Below, piece by piece: positions 55,427 to 64,000 of a stretch of 64,000 bases of DNA. Source of the DNA: Myxococcota bacterium (GTDB lineage Bacteria; Myxococcota_A; UBA796; GCA-2862545). Position 1 is the first letter of the stretch, and every line of letters begins with the position of its first letter. The DNA lies in contig JBCCQY010000020.1 of NCBI GenBank assembly GCA_039208735.1, positions 13,944 through 77,943 of the forward strand. Reading direction: 5' to 3'. Position numbers and translations under genes: made by a program. The notes under the pieces were generated by a model. The model ran no database searches and was not told the DNA's origin. It worked only from the letters and a program-made list of their open reading frames with translations.

Positions 55427-58400
55427 CTACGGCCCTGCACCAATCAGCAGCAGCCGTCGCCGCGCCAGCGCCCCCAACACGATGAGGGTTGGTCCAATCA
55501 GGCTCCACGCCGAAGCCGGTGTCGCGCAGCCACATGAGCCACTCCGGGCTCGCCACAGGTACTCCTTGCAACAAGAGTCGCATCCCGCATCGCAGCCCTC
55601 TTTGAGTTCTTCCGTTGTGATGGTGGGGTCTGTGGCGTCCCAGCTCGGGGCACAGTCCAACGGATCGGGATCCTCGTGATCCCAAATGCCGTCGCCGTCC
55701 GTGTCTTCCATGCTTGGATCGGTGCCGAGGGTATGGCGTTCGTAGTCGTCAGGCAGTCCGTCAAGGTCGCTGTGGTCGGTGCAAGGGTCGCTCACCACCT
55801 CGCGGGCAACGGAGGTGGTGGTTGCATCGGGGCAGTTCAAGAGTTCGATGACGATCGGTGGATCGGGCGCATACTCCTCACCATCGGACAGGTCATCATC
55901 GTCGGACGACGTTTGATTTGGGTCGGGGCAGATTCCGTTGCCCTCCGCCGCCAGGGCAATCTCCTCGCCATCCGTCAGACCGTCCTGGTCGGTGTCGGGG
56001 TTGCAGGGATCGGTGCCGTAGCCCTCGGGCGTTTCAAGTGCGTCCAACAATCCGTCCAGATCGTGGTCGTCGGGCGCTCCACGCTCCGGACAGGGGTCCT
56101 CGTCGTCGAAGATCCCATCCCCGTCGGAGTCTGGGATGATGCGGATCCCATCGATCAGCAACTGCGTGAGGCCATCGATGGCCTCTACGTCGCAGTCGTT
56201 GGGCGGGGTGTCGGTAGGATTTGCGGTGTTGACGGCGACCGCCTCGAATCGGAGTTCCGCCTCGGCGGACCCGACCACAAAGGGATCGAGCGTTTGCACC
56301 CACCAGTCTTGCTGGCCCGGATTCTCCTTGGCCCTCACCACAACCGGCGCGTCCAGGGTGTCGGGCCCAAAGCTCACCCGCCAAAAGCCCGGTTGCTGAC
56401 CGAGGTGCCGAACCATGGAAACTTCGAAACGTACGCGGTAGGCGGCGTTCGGGTCAAGGTCCCGCACGGTGGTGGAGAGCCACTCATTGGTTTCGAAGGC
56501 GGGCAAGGCATTGAGTGCCTCCGCATGCGCGAAGTGGCGAAAGAGTCCTCCACTGTCGAGGTTGGATGGAGACTCCTTGGTGAGCACGTCCACGCAGTAC
56601 ACGGGAGCGCCAACGGCTGCAACCTGCGCTTCCACCAGCGGATCGGCCCCATCGCCAAAGCGCCAGCCGGGCACTGAAATCGGCGCCGCGTTTGGCACTT
56701 CACCTGGGGTGTAGGCGGCCTCCAGATCTCCGTTGTCGAGCGTCTGTGCACTCGCTGTCGACCCAAGCCCCCATGCCACCAGCAGGGCCGGCGAACGGCG
56801 CCGCCCCAGCACGGCGAGGAGGCCCAAGACCGTCACCCAACCCGCCACTGGAGTGGCCGCTAGTGATGCGCAACCTCCACATCCACAGGTGGCCACCGAA
56901 GGGTTGTCGTCGTTGCAGTCTCCCGCAATGAGCGCCCAGCTGCCCTCGGGAGCGCACCGGCCGTCGACGCTCACTTCTTCGGTGCCAATGCCATCGCCGT
57001 CGATGTCGGCAAACCAGGTCCGCGATCCCACCGCGTCGTCGATCGTGCCGTTGCAATCGTTGTCTCGACCATCGCAAATTTCAGGAGCCGAGGGCCGGAT
57101 CGACGCATCGGTATCGTCGCAATCCTCCGCGTTGGGGGCGTACCCGGAGAGGGACCCTGGCACACACGCCTCCAACGGGGGCTGGGTCGGGTCTCCAAAG
57201 CCGTCGCCGTCAGCGTCCGGGTACCAATCCACGACTGCATTAGGCGTGCCGTCCGTTCCGCTACAGTCCTGATCGATTCCGTCACCGCACTCGTCGGGCG
57301 CGTCAGGATACACGGTGTCGTCGTTGTCGTTGCAGTCTCCACCTTGCATGACCCATCCGGGCACGCGCCCTCCACAGTCCGAAAAAGCGCGGTCGCCAAA
57401 TCCGTCGCCATCGAGGTCGAGGAACCACGCCGTTGCGTCCACGGCCCCCGCATAGGCATCGCCGTCGCAGTTCTGGTCGATGGCGTCGCACAGCTCGGGA
57501 GCCCCTGGGTAAACCAAGGGGTCCGTGTCGTCGCAATCGGCATTTCCGAGGAGGCCTGACGTCCAACCGGCGATGGCCGGGTCGCAGCCGATAGGCGTTA
57601 TCGTTGGAGCAAAGCACGACACGACGGCTCCCGTCGGCTGACCTTGACCGTCTGCATCACAGTCGGGCCAGAAGGGTTGTTCGCCAAGGATGGTCGCATC
57701 CGTGTCGTCGCAGTCTTCGAGGTAGCGCAACCCATCGCCATCGCCGTCGAGCCAGGGCACGCCTCCAGCATCCGGGCCTCCGAAGGCCCCGATGTCCGAT
57801 ACGCTTCCGTCCGGGTCGAACAGGGCAGGGTCACCGGCATCGATCAGCGGCGAGACGATGGCGATGGGCCAAGGTTGATCGTCAGAACAGTCCTGATCGG
57901 GTGTCCAACGAACGAGTTGTGGATCCGTTCCGGTTGTGTTCGTGGCGTCGAGCGCCACATCCGCTTCATCCAGGTTGTCGGTAAACCAGTTGTAGGTCAG
58001 CTGGGCAGGAAGTGTGGTGCCCAACACATCTAAGGCGCGTGCTGAACTCGATACAAACAGCGAGTTGCGGACTTCGAGTTGGTTGCCGTAGGAGGCCACG
58101 GTTGCGGCATCGTCATGCACCGCACCCACTTCAACACCGAGAAACGTGTTGTTCTGGATCCGCCAGTTCCCTGCGTTGGCGTAGATCGCTCCGCCGTTGG
58201 TCGAGGCTTCCGTCTCGGTGAACAAGCTGGCTCGGATGTTGGTGTCGGACGAGGCGAAGATGGCGCCTCCAAGGGAGCCTGACGTGGCACAAAAGCGACT
58301 GTCTCGGATGGTGAGATCCGCCCCTCCCGCGAAGATGGCGCCGCCAAAGGCGCCATGGGTGTGGTTGAAGAGGCAGCGCAGGCACGTCACTGGCATGCCG

Positions 58401-58984
58401 AAGGACCAGATCGCGCCCCCGTTGCCCTCTGCCGAGACGTCCGTAAACGTGACGTCGGCGAGCGTCAGCGGCCCGGTGCCGTCGATGGCCACGGCCCCCC
58501 CTTCGTCGGCGAGGTCGACGCCGGCCGTCCCCCGGAGGACCACGTCGGTAAGCTCCATCCCGAAGGAGTCGGTGACCTCAATGAGGCCACCTCGGGACCC
58601 CACCTTGACGCCGCCGGCGCGAAGTTCAGCGTCTTGAATGTTCAGAACGTTGCCGCCCTCGATCGCGACAATCACCCGCCATGGACCGCTCGCCTGCAGA
58701 TCCACGCCTACGATCTCCAACTCGACGAGCTGGGCGAGGGTCAGCACAGGGCCGTCCTGGGCCGAGATTTCGGCCCCTCCTGCCGCGCCGATGAGCCGCA
58801 GGTCGCGATCGATCGTGGCGCCCGACGTCAGCGTACCGTCGATCTCCAGCTCATCTCCAGCTGAGGCCTGTGCGACCGCAGTGGCGAGATCGGCGTAGGG
58901 CGCGGCCCCTGAGGTCAGATTGGTGACCGATTGGGCATGCCCCGGTAGCGAAAACGTGGCGACGAACAAGCAAGTAGCGAGCAT
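55427..58984 (-). CDS. large surface protein: beta-helix, MopE repeats, internal MYXO-CTERM-like segment, second domain with DxDxDG repeats, terminal MYXO-CTERM-like segment
   Basis: SD GGAGGT, signal peptide (GHA-QS), GGAI repeats, DCDD..PGAPE.CD..DQNCDG repeats, two GC-TM-RRR segments. Confidence 0.85.
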   Translation of the reverse strand: MLATCLFVATFSLPGHAQSVTNLTSGAAPYADLATAVAQASAGDELEIDGTLTSGATIDRDLRLIGAAGGAEISAQDGPVLTLAQLVELEIVGVDLQASGPWRVIVAIEGGNVLNIQDAELRAGGVKVGSRGGLIEVTDSFGMELTDVVLRGTAGVDLADEGGAVAIDGTGPLTLADVTFTDVSAEGNGGAIWSFGMPVTCLRCLFNHTHGAFGGAIFAGGADLTIRDSRFCATSGSLGGAIFASSDTNIRASLFTETEASTNGGAIYANAGNWRIQNNTFLGVEVGAVHDDAATVASYGNQLEVRNSLFVSSSARALDVLGTTLPAQLTYNWFTDNLDEADVALDATNTTGTDPQLVRWTPDQDCSDDQPWPIAIVSPLIDAGDPALFDPDGSVSDIGAFGGPDAGGVPWLDGDGDGLRYLEDCDDTDATILGEQPFWPDCDADGQGQPTGAVVSCFAPTITPIGCDPAIAGWTSGLLGNADCDDTDPLVYPGAPELCDAIDQNCDGDAYAGAVDATAWFLDLDGDGFGDRAFSDCGGRVPGWVMQGGDCNDNDDTVYPDAPDECGDGIDQDCSGTDGTPNAVVDWYPDADGDGFGDPTQPPLEACVPGSLSGYAPNAEDCDDTDASIRPSAPEICDGRDNDCNGTIDDAVGSRTWFADIDGDGIGTEEVSVDGRCAPEGSWALIAGDCNDDNPSVATCGCGGCASLAATPVAGWVTVLGLLAVLGRRRSPALLVAWGLGSTASAQTLDNGDLEAAYTPGEVPNAAPISVPGWRFGDGADPLVEAQVAAVGAPVYCVDVLTKESPSNLDSGGLFRHFAHAEALNALPAFETNEWLSTTVRDLDPNAAYRVRFEVSMVRHLGQQPGFWRVSFGPDTLDAPVVVRAKENPGQQDWWVQTLDPFVVGSAEAELRFEAVAVNTANPTDTPPNDCDVEAIDGLTQLLIDGIRIIPDSDGDGIFDDEDPCPERGAPDDHDLDGLLDALETPEGYGTDPCNPDTDQDGLTDGEEIALAAEGNGICPDPNQTSSDDDDLSDGEEYAPDPPIVIELLNCPDATTTSVAREVVSDPCTDHSDLDGLPDDYERHTLGTDPSMEDTDGDGIWDHEDPDPLDCAPSWDATDPTITTEELKEGCDAGCDSCCKEYLWRARSGSCGCATPASAWSLIGPTLIVLGALARRRLLLIGAGP

Positions 58985-59240
58985 CGGACCTCCAGCCGGT
59001 GCGGAAACCTAGAAGGGACGTCCCACCGCGTGAAGGCCCGGGCTGTGATCGCGACAGAGCTGCGACACAGGACGAAGCCGATGAATCCGATACGGGGAGC
59101 CGCTATGTCGCGGCTCGGTCGCAACCGGAAGGCTCAGGCGCCTCGATGCATGAAGCACGAAAAGTTTTTCGCGCATTCTGTGGCGTGCGACAGTACACTG
59201 GGGAGTGTTCGAGGCCGAGGCGGCTCAAGGAGGGTGTAGC

Positions 59241-59363
59241 GTGTCGTGGATGGTCGACTTGCAAGCGTTTCTGCTCGATCTTGTTCCCTTTGAGCTGTGG
59301 CTGGGTCCCGTGGTCGGCCTGCTCGCGGTCATGTTGGCGACGGCGGGGCTGCTGCTGGCGTGA
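59241..59363 (+). CDS. small (40 aa) hydrophobic membrane peptide
   Basis: SD AAGGAGG then GTG; MSWMVDLQAFLLDLVPFELWLGPVVGLLAVMLATAGLLLA*. Confidence 0.55.
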   Translation: MSWMVDLQAFLLDLVPFELWLGPVVGLLAVMLATAGLLLA

Positions 59364-59364
59364 A

Positions 59365-59745
59365 TCACGTGAGTGGGGTGTCGTAGCGCATCACGCAGGC
59401 AAGGTTTCCTTCAGGGTCGGTGAATTCAGCCACGTCGCCCACGTGGGGGATGGTCACGGTCGCGGAGGCGCGCGTGCCGCCAAGCGAGACAATGCGAGCC
59501 ATCATGGCTTCGACGTCATCGACGGCGATGGTGCATCGGTAGGCATTGGGGCTGCCGTCGCCACGCGGGGTGGTTCGTTTGGTCAGGGCTCCGGCCTGGA
59601 TGCCGGTCGGATGGCCGGTCGAGATCTTCCAGTAGCCGGGCGGGCCCCAGGCTTCGAACGTCCAGCCAAATGCGGATTCGTAGAACGCCCGCGCACGCTC
59701 TGCATCGTCGTAGTACACCGCGAAATGAACGACCGGTTGGCCCAT
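59365..59745 (-). CDS. VOC/glyoxalase family protein
   Basis: SD GGAGGA; VVHFAV, RARAFYESAFGWTF, FTDPEGN. Confidence 0.93.
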   Translation of the reverse strand: MGQPVVHFAVYYDDAERARAFYESAFGWTFEAWGPPGYWKISTGHPTGIQAGALTKRTTPRGDGSPNAYRCTIAVDDVEAMMARIVSLGGTRASATVTIPHVGDVAEFTDPEGNLACVMRYDTPLT

Positions 59746-59801
59746 GATTCCTCCGTTGGTTCATCGGGATCCCACACATAGGGTTGAGCTGCAGCGTCGT
59801 C

Positions 59802-60596
59802 ATGACGATAGAACGGCAATTGATGTCGACACCTCGCCATCCGACAGTCCGTTGCATGAACCTTGAGGTTCAACGGGGAACCCTGCTCGCGGACCAGGCC
59901 CATGGCTGGGGGCAGCTCGTGCACGCCGCCTCGGGGGTGGGGCGCGTGCAAACGACGACCGCGCATTGGGTGCTCCCCGCGGCTCGGGCGTTATGGGTGC
60001 CGCCCCATGAACGTCCTCAGCTGCATTGCGTCACGGCGTTGTCGCTCCGCACGCTCTACTTTGCACCGCACGCGCTGCCCGATCTTCCGGTGCGATGCAC
60101 CGTCTTGACCTTGTCGCCGCTGCTCAAGGACCTGGTGTTGGCAACGGCCGGTCGGGCTCCCCTCGAAGATGGCCCTCATCAAGAGGGACGATTGCTCTCG
60201 GTTTTGCGCGATGAACTGTCCGCAGCCCCGCGCGAACCACTCGCATTGCCCATGCCACGCGGTTCGGCGGCCCGGCGGCTCGCGAATCGAATCCTCGGGG
60301 AGCCTGGGGCACGACGTTCGATCGACGAATGGTGCAAGGGTTGCGGAGCAAGCCGTCGCACCCTGGAGCGGCGGTTTCGCGAAGAAACGGGCACCTCGCT
60401 CGGGGAATGGCTTCGGCAAGCCCGTCTTCAACACGCGGTCGTTGGATTGACCGAAGGAAGGTCGGTGACCCAGGTTGCAGAGGAGGTCGGATACAGCAGC
60501 GCCAGCGCGTTCGTGCAGGCCTTTCGGCTGGCCTACGGTACGACGCCCGGTCGTTGGGTCAGCCCGATGCTGGCACGAGGGGCAGAACCACGATGA
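59802..60596 (+). CDS. AraC family transcriptional regulator (cupin sensor)
   Basis: [43 protein letters not shown]. Start ATG 59802 or 59823. Confidence 0.93.
   Translation: MTIERQLMSTPRHPTVRCMNLEVQRGTLLADQAHGWGQLVHAASGVGRVQTTTAHWVLPAARALWVPPHERPQLHCVTALSLRTLYFAPHALPDLPVRCTVLTLSPLLKDLVLATAGRAPLEDGPHQEGRLLSVLRDELSAAPREPLALPMPRGSAARRLANRILGEPGARRSIDEWCKGCGASRRTLERRFREETGTSLGEWLRQARLQHAVVGLTEGRSVTQVAEEVGYSSASAFVQAFRLAYGTTPGRWVSPMLARGAEPR
59803..59839. promoter_or_regulatory. putative AraC tandem binding sites
   Basis: Direct repeats TGACGATAGAACGGCA and TGTCGACACCTCGCCA 21 bp apart, upstream of the divergent VOC gene. Confidence 0.4.
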
Positions 60597-61656
60597 AGAC
60601 ACTGCCCTCGCCAGGCTGACTCTCCACGGTGACCGTACCGCCCATCATCGAACAGAGCTGCCGTACGATCGCGAGTCCAAGACCGGTGCCCCCGAAGCGG
60701 CGGGTGGTTTGCGAATCTGCCTGGACGAACGGCTCGAAGATTCGCTCCCTCTGGTCGTCGTCCATTCCAATGCCTGTGTCGACCACCAAGAACTCCACTT
60801 CCTCCTTGAGACGCCGAGCAAACAACCGCACTTCGCCGGTCGGGGTGAACTTGATGGCATTCGACAGCAGATTGGCGAGGATCTGCCGTATGCGCAGATC
60901 GTCCCCATGCACGTGGCCCATGGGTCGGTCACGATGCTGCGAAAAGCCAAGTCCCTTCACCGAAGCTTGGATGCGAGCGCCGTCGACGACTTCATCGAGC
61001 AGCGCATCGAGGTCGAAGTCAATCGGCGTGAGGGAAAGCGCACCGCTGTTGATTTTGGAGAGGTCGAGGACGTCGCTGATGACTTGCAGCAGGTGTCGCC
61101 CCGAGGCCTGAATGCGACCGAGATCCGCCAGCAAGTCGTCGCGGTTCAACGGCTCGATTTCTTCACTGAGCAGTTCGCAATAGCCAAGAATCGCATTCAA
61201 CGGCGTGCGCAGTTCGTGGCTCATGGTGGCGAGAAAGACATCCTTCGCCTGGTTGGCCAATCGCTCCTTAAGCTGCGCAGCTCGAATCTCGGAGACCAGC
61301 GTGCCGACCTCTGCGGCCGTGTTGTTTACCATGTAGGCCAACACATCGATGGGATCGCCTCGATGGTTCCGGGGCGCCCGTTTGCCGAAGTCGCCGGCGG
61401 CGATGCCTACCAGCGTCTCAGAGACGTTCGCGAGCATGCGATCCAGTTCTTGGGCTCGTCGGTCGCGATCCGCGAGCGCTTCCTCAAACTCCTCGGTGAT
61501 CACATTGACACAGTACGCAACGAGATCGTAGGTGTCTTGCTGATAGTTCCGTTGCAATCGGTACGAGAAATCGCCCGATGTGATGCGCATGAGCGCGCTC
61601 AGAAGTTGGTCGTACTCGACGTCAGCAAGGGTCGGGGGTCGATTTTCATTGGCCAC
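60559..61656 (-). CDS. cytoplasmic HAMP-containing sensor histidine kinase
   Basis: Two HAMP-like repeats (GDFS/GDFG), [35 protein letters not shown]; no TM. Probable GTG start 61656. Confidence 0.9.
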   Translation of the reverse strand: MANENRPPTLADVEYDQLLSALMRITSGDFSYRLQRNYQQDTYDLVAYCVNVITEEFEEALADRDRRAQELDRMLANVSETLVGIAAGDFGKRAPRNHRGDPIDVLAYMVNNTAAEVGTLVSEIRAAQLKERLANQAKDVFLATMSHELRTPLNAILGYCELLSEEIEPLNRDDLLADLGRIQASGRHLLQVISDVLDLSKINSGALSLTPIDFDLDALLDEVVDGARIQASVKGLGFSQHRDRPMGHVHGDDLRIRQILANLLSNAIKFTPTGEVRLFARRLKEEVEFLVVDTGIGMDDDQRERIFEPFVQADSQTTRRFGGTGLGLAIVRQLCSMMGGTVTVESQPGEGSVFIVVLPLVPASG

Positions 61657-62080
61657 CGTGCGGTTCGTTCCTTTGCGAGACCCAGGCGACGGCCTCGCTT
61701 GCTGTGGCAAAGAATCTTGTGGGAACCTTGGGTTTGCGTAGTCCGAGGAACACCGATGCCACGGCCCGGCCAAACCGGGTCCCGCCGATGAGACCGAACC
61801 CCGTGAACCACCGCGGGTCGGGCAGCTCGACGTAGGCACGCCGTGCACCCTTGTCCTGCTCGACAATGGCGTCCATGTAGATCACCGAGCCACCCGGGTG
61901 ACCCATTCGCTCCCAGTGGGCCTGCTGAAGTTCAATGCTCGCCCGAGCCGTCTCTTCGATGTCGACACATCCCTCGACCGGCAGGACCGCGATCACACGA
62001 GGCTGAATGAGGAGGAACCTTGCGTTCGCGGTTGTCCCCAGAAGTTCAGCGCCTTCCAATTCGAGATCAGGAACGCTCAT
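61646..62080 (-). CDS. STAS/SEC14 (SpoIIAA-like) domain protein
   Basis: ARRAY...[20 protein letters not shown]...EAVAW; ATGA overlap with the upstream paralog. Confidence 0.75.
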   Translation of the reverse strand: MSVPDLELEGAELLGTTANARFLLIQPRVIAVLPVEGCVDIEETARASIELQQAHWERMGHPGGSVIYMDAIVEQDKGARRAYVELPDPRWFTGFGLIGGTRFGRAVASVFLGLRKPKVPTRFFATASEAVAWVSQRNEPHGGQ

Positions 62081-62550
62081 CCCGCCCTCTCGAGAACCTT
62101 GACGTGGTCGGCAAGGCATTTGCGACCCCACCGCACCGCGTCTTCCACCTTGCCGAACAGCCGCGTGGGAATCCGAGGGCGAGACAGGCCCATGAAGAAC
62201 GAAGCCATGGCCCGGCCGAGGAAGGTTCCTCCGACCAAGGCCGATCCCGCCAACCATTGGGGGTCGATCTCGTTCGCGTAGACACGCCGAGCATCCACAT
62301 CCTGGCCCGTCATGCGATCGAAAAACACGACGACGACGCCAGGAGTCCCTTCGCTCCGAAACGTGTTGGTCTGAAAGGAGACATTTTCTCTAGCGGTTTC
62401 GCCGGTATCGAACGAGCCAATACGCGGCATGGCCACTATGATGTGTTCTTCGAGTCGGTAGTAGTCAGTATTGGAGGTTCGCCCGATCTGCTCGAGCTTC
62501 CCGACTTCCAGATCTGTCAAGCTCACCTCGCGGGAGCCATGTACATCCAA
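62077..62550 (-). CDS. STAS/SEC14 (SpoIIAA-like) domain protein, paralog of the downstream gene
   Basis: ARRVY...RAMASFFMGLSRPRIPTRLF...DAVRW; start uncertain (TTG 62550 or GTG 62526). Confidence 0.75.
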   Translation of the reverse strand: MDVHGSREVSLTDLEVGKLEQIGRTSNTDYYRLEEHIIVAMPRIGSFDTGETARENVSFQTNTFRSEGTPGVVVVFFDRMTGQDVDARRVYANEIDPQWLAGSALVGGTFLGRAMASFFMGLSRPRIPTRLFGKVEDAVRWGRKCLADHVKVLERAG

Positions 62551-62648
62551 GAGGCCCCCGTCGCCAATCGGATCGGACGTCTGGGTCCGTTGTTGTCCGA
62601 TTGGATTGAGGGTAGGCTGGTTTTTAGGGCGTGAACCGAGGACACGAC

Positions 62649-63773
62649 ATGGTTGAAATCGAAGACGCAGGGCAGCTTCGTCGCTACATCGACCAACATC
62701 AGCAAGTCACCGATGTGGTTGTCCAAGGGGTCAACCTCGCTCCATTTGCCGATGAACTCCGAAGCGTGCCGGTGCATGGAAGTGTGTTCCTCGCTTGTGG
62801 CGTTGGCAAGGACCTGATCGCGGACTTGTTGGACCGTGGCGCACTCGCGTTTCCGTCGCTCCCAGATTTACCGTACCTCCCGTACCGACCTCGGCTCTAC
62901 ACCCCGAAAGAGCTGATGGAAGGCTACGTGCGCGGAACGCCCGAGAGCTTTGAGACGAAGAGTCTCGATGGGCGAATTTATGCGCACTACAAGTCGCACC
63001 GTGATCGACGGGGGAAGGTGCCCGTGCTCGAAGCGCTTGGCCAGCGAATGCATGACCATGCCATCGATGATGCGCTTGCGGACTTGCTCGCCGAAGAGGC
63101 CCATCAGCGTGTGGTTGCGGTCATGGGGGGCCATGCGATGAAGCGGTCGGACCCCGAGTTCTTGGCGGTTGCCAGGCTCGCGGCCACGTTAACGCAACGC
63201 GGGTACTTCTTGGTCAGTGGCGGTGGGCCAGGGGCCATGGAAGCCACCAACTTAGGCGCCTACCTCGCACAGCATCTCGATGCGCTGCCCGAGGTTGTGA
63301 ACCACTTGTCTGTCGCGCCTGGCTATCGAGATGACGGATGGTTCGAATCCGCGTTTGAGATTCTTGAACAGTATCCGACTGGTTCAGCGAGTTTGGGTGT
63401 TCCAACGTGGTTCTATGGGCATGAGCCCAGCAACTTGTTTGCCACTCACTTGGCCAAGTACTTTTCCAACTCCCTTAGAGAAGATGGTCTGATCGCGATG
63501 GCGAGCCATGGTGTGATTTACGCGCCGGGCAGCGCGGGCACTTTGCAGGAGGTGTTCATGGACGCAGCCCAAAACCACTACGCAACGACGGGTGAAGTGA
63601 GCCCGATGGTGTTCTTGGGTCGTTCGTTTTGGCTTGAGAAATTGCCCGCCTACTCACTCCTGCGGCGGCTGGCGGGGGAACGAGCCTATGCAGAAATGCT
63701 GACCGTGGTGGATGACGTGGAAGAAGTGGTTGCCTTTCTTGAGGAGCATCCGCCCGTTCGCACGACACCTTAA
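62649..63773 (+). CDS. LOG/SLOG family nucleotide-binding protein
   Basis: VMGGHAM, SGGGPGAMEATNLGA, PTWFYGHEP, PGSAGTLQEVF. Confidence 0.88.
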   Translation: MVEIEDAGQLRRYIDQHQQVTDVVVQGVNLAPFADELRSVPVHGSVFLACGVGKDLIADLLDRGALAFPSLPDLPYLPYRPRLYTPKELMEGYVRGTPESFETKSLDGRIYAHYKSHRDRRGKVPVLEALGQRMHDHAIDDALADLLAEEAHQRVVAVMGGHAMKRSDPEFLAVARLAATLTQRGYFLVSGGGPGAMEATNLGAYLAQHLDALPEVVNHLSVAPGYRDDGWFESAFEILEQYPTGSASLGVPTWFYGHEPSNLFATHLAKYFSNSLREDGLIAMASHGVIYAPGSAGTLQEVFMDAAQNHYATTGEVSPMVFLGRSFWLEKLPAYSLLRRLAGERAYAEMLTVVDDVEEVVAFLEEHPPVRTTP

Positions 63774-64000
63774 GGCGTGAACCACGAAGCGTCGTAAAGG
63801 TCACGGCCTCGGTTCACCAACTCATCATCATAGCTGTTGGTGAGCACGATCAGCTCGACATCGTTGGGGTAGATCATGGCGAGCGACCGCCATCCTCGAT
63901 CACTTCGGGGTCCCTTGGTCCCACCTTTGGCCACGTAGTCTCCATGTTCGCCAGTACGGGTGCTTGTAAAGCCAAGCTCATCCTCGATCATCCGGTCGCG
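63770..64000 (-). CDS. 3' end of a probable serine hydrolase / beta-lactamase family protein (partial)
   Basis: YVAKGG...LIVLTNS C-terminal motifs; runs off the window. Confidence 0.55.
   Translation of the reverse strand, partial: RDRMIEDELGFTSTRTGEHGDYVAKGGTKGPRSDRGWRSLAMIYPNDVELIVLTNSYDDELVNRGRDLYDASWFTP

Noticed and set aside
60475..61791. 438-aa plus-strand ORF
   Set aside because: Antisense shadow of the histidine kinase, common in GC-rich DNA.
1..64000. Prophage, IS, integron, tRNA or rRNA
   Set aside because: No integrase, transposase or phage structural motifs and no recognisable tRNA/rRNA sequence seen by eye; a covariance-model scan was not possible.

Overview
GC-rich bacterial DNA whose gene content points to Myxococcota: MYXO-CTERM-like tails, MopE-type Asp/Cys repeats, ECF sigma/FecR modules, a secreted caspase-like protein, wHTH-NB-ARC-TPR regulators and many Cys-rich lipoproteins. 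The lineage is inferred, not tested. About 50 coding regions can be supported. I found no rRNA, tRNA, CRISPR array, transposase or integrase. Best candidates for an under-described system: (1) a translationally coupled operon (4392-9795) of an alkyl-DHAP synthase (AGPS), a fatty acyl-CoA reductase/acyltransferase fusion (FARAT-like) and an extended SDR, which would form a compact eukaryote-style ether-lipid pathway; (2) a DUF692/MNIO enzyme coupled to a Tat-exported protein with a C-terminal CG...CGMG motif (42335-45745); (3) a 1185-aa ORF that looks like a polyprotein with two MYXO-CTERM-like sorting signals and an internal signal peptide; (4) an ECF sigma / anti-sigma / exported caspase-beta-barrel operon. 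Also present are a structured 87-bp tandem repeat array, an unlisted 40-aa membrane peptide, several gene remnants and breakpoints, and several frameshifts plus one internal stop that may be real or assembly errors. All family calls come from reading motifs by eye; no database searches were run. Start codons were refined by hand where an RBS, overlap or signal peptide supported it.
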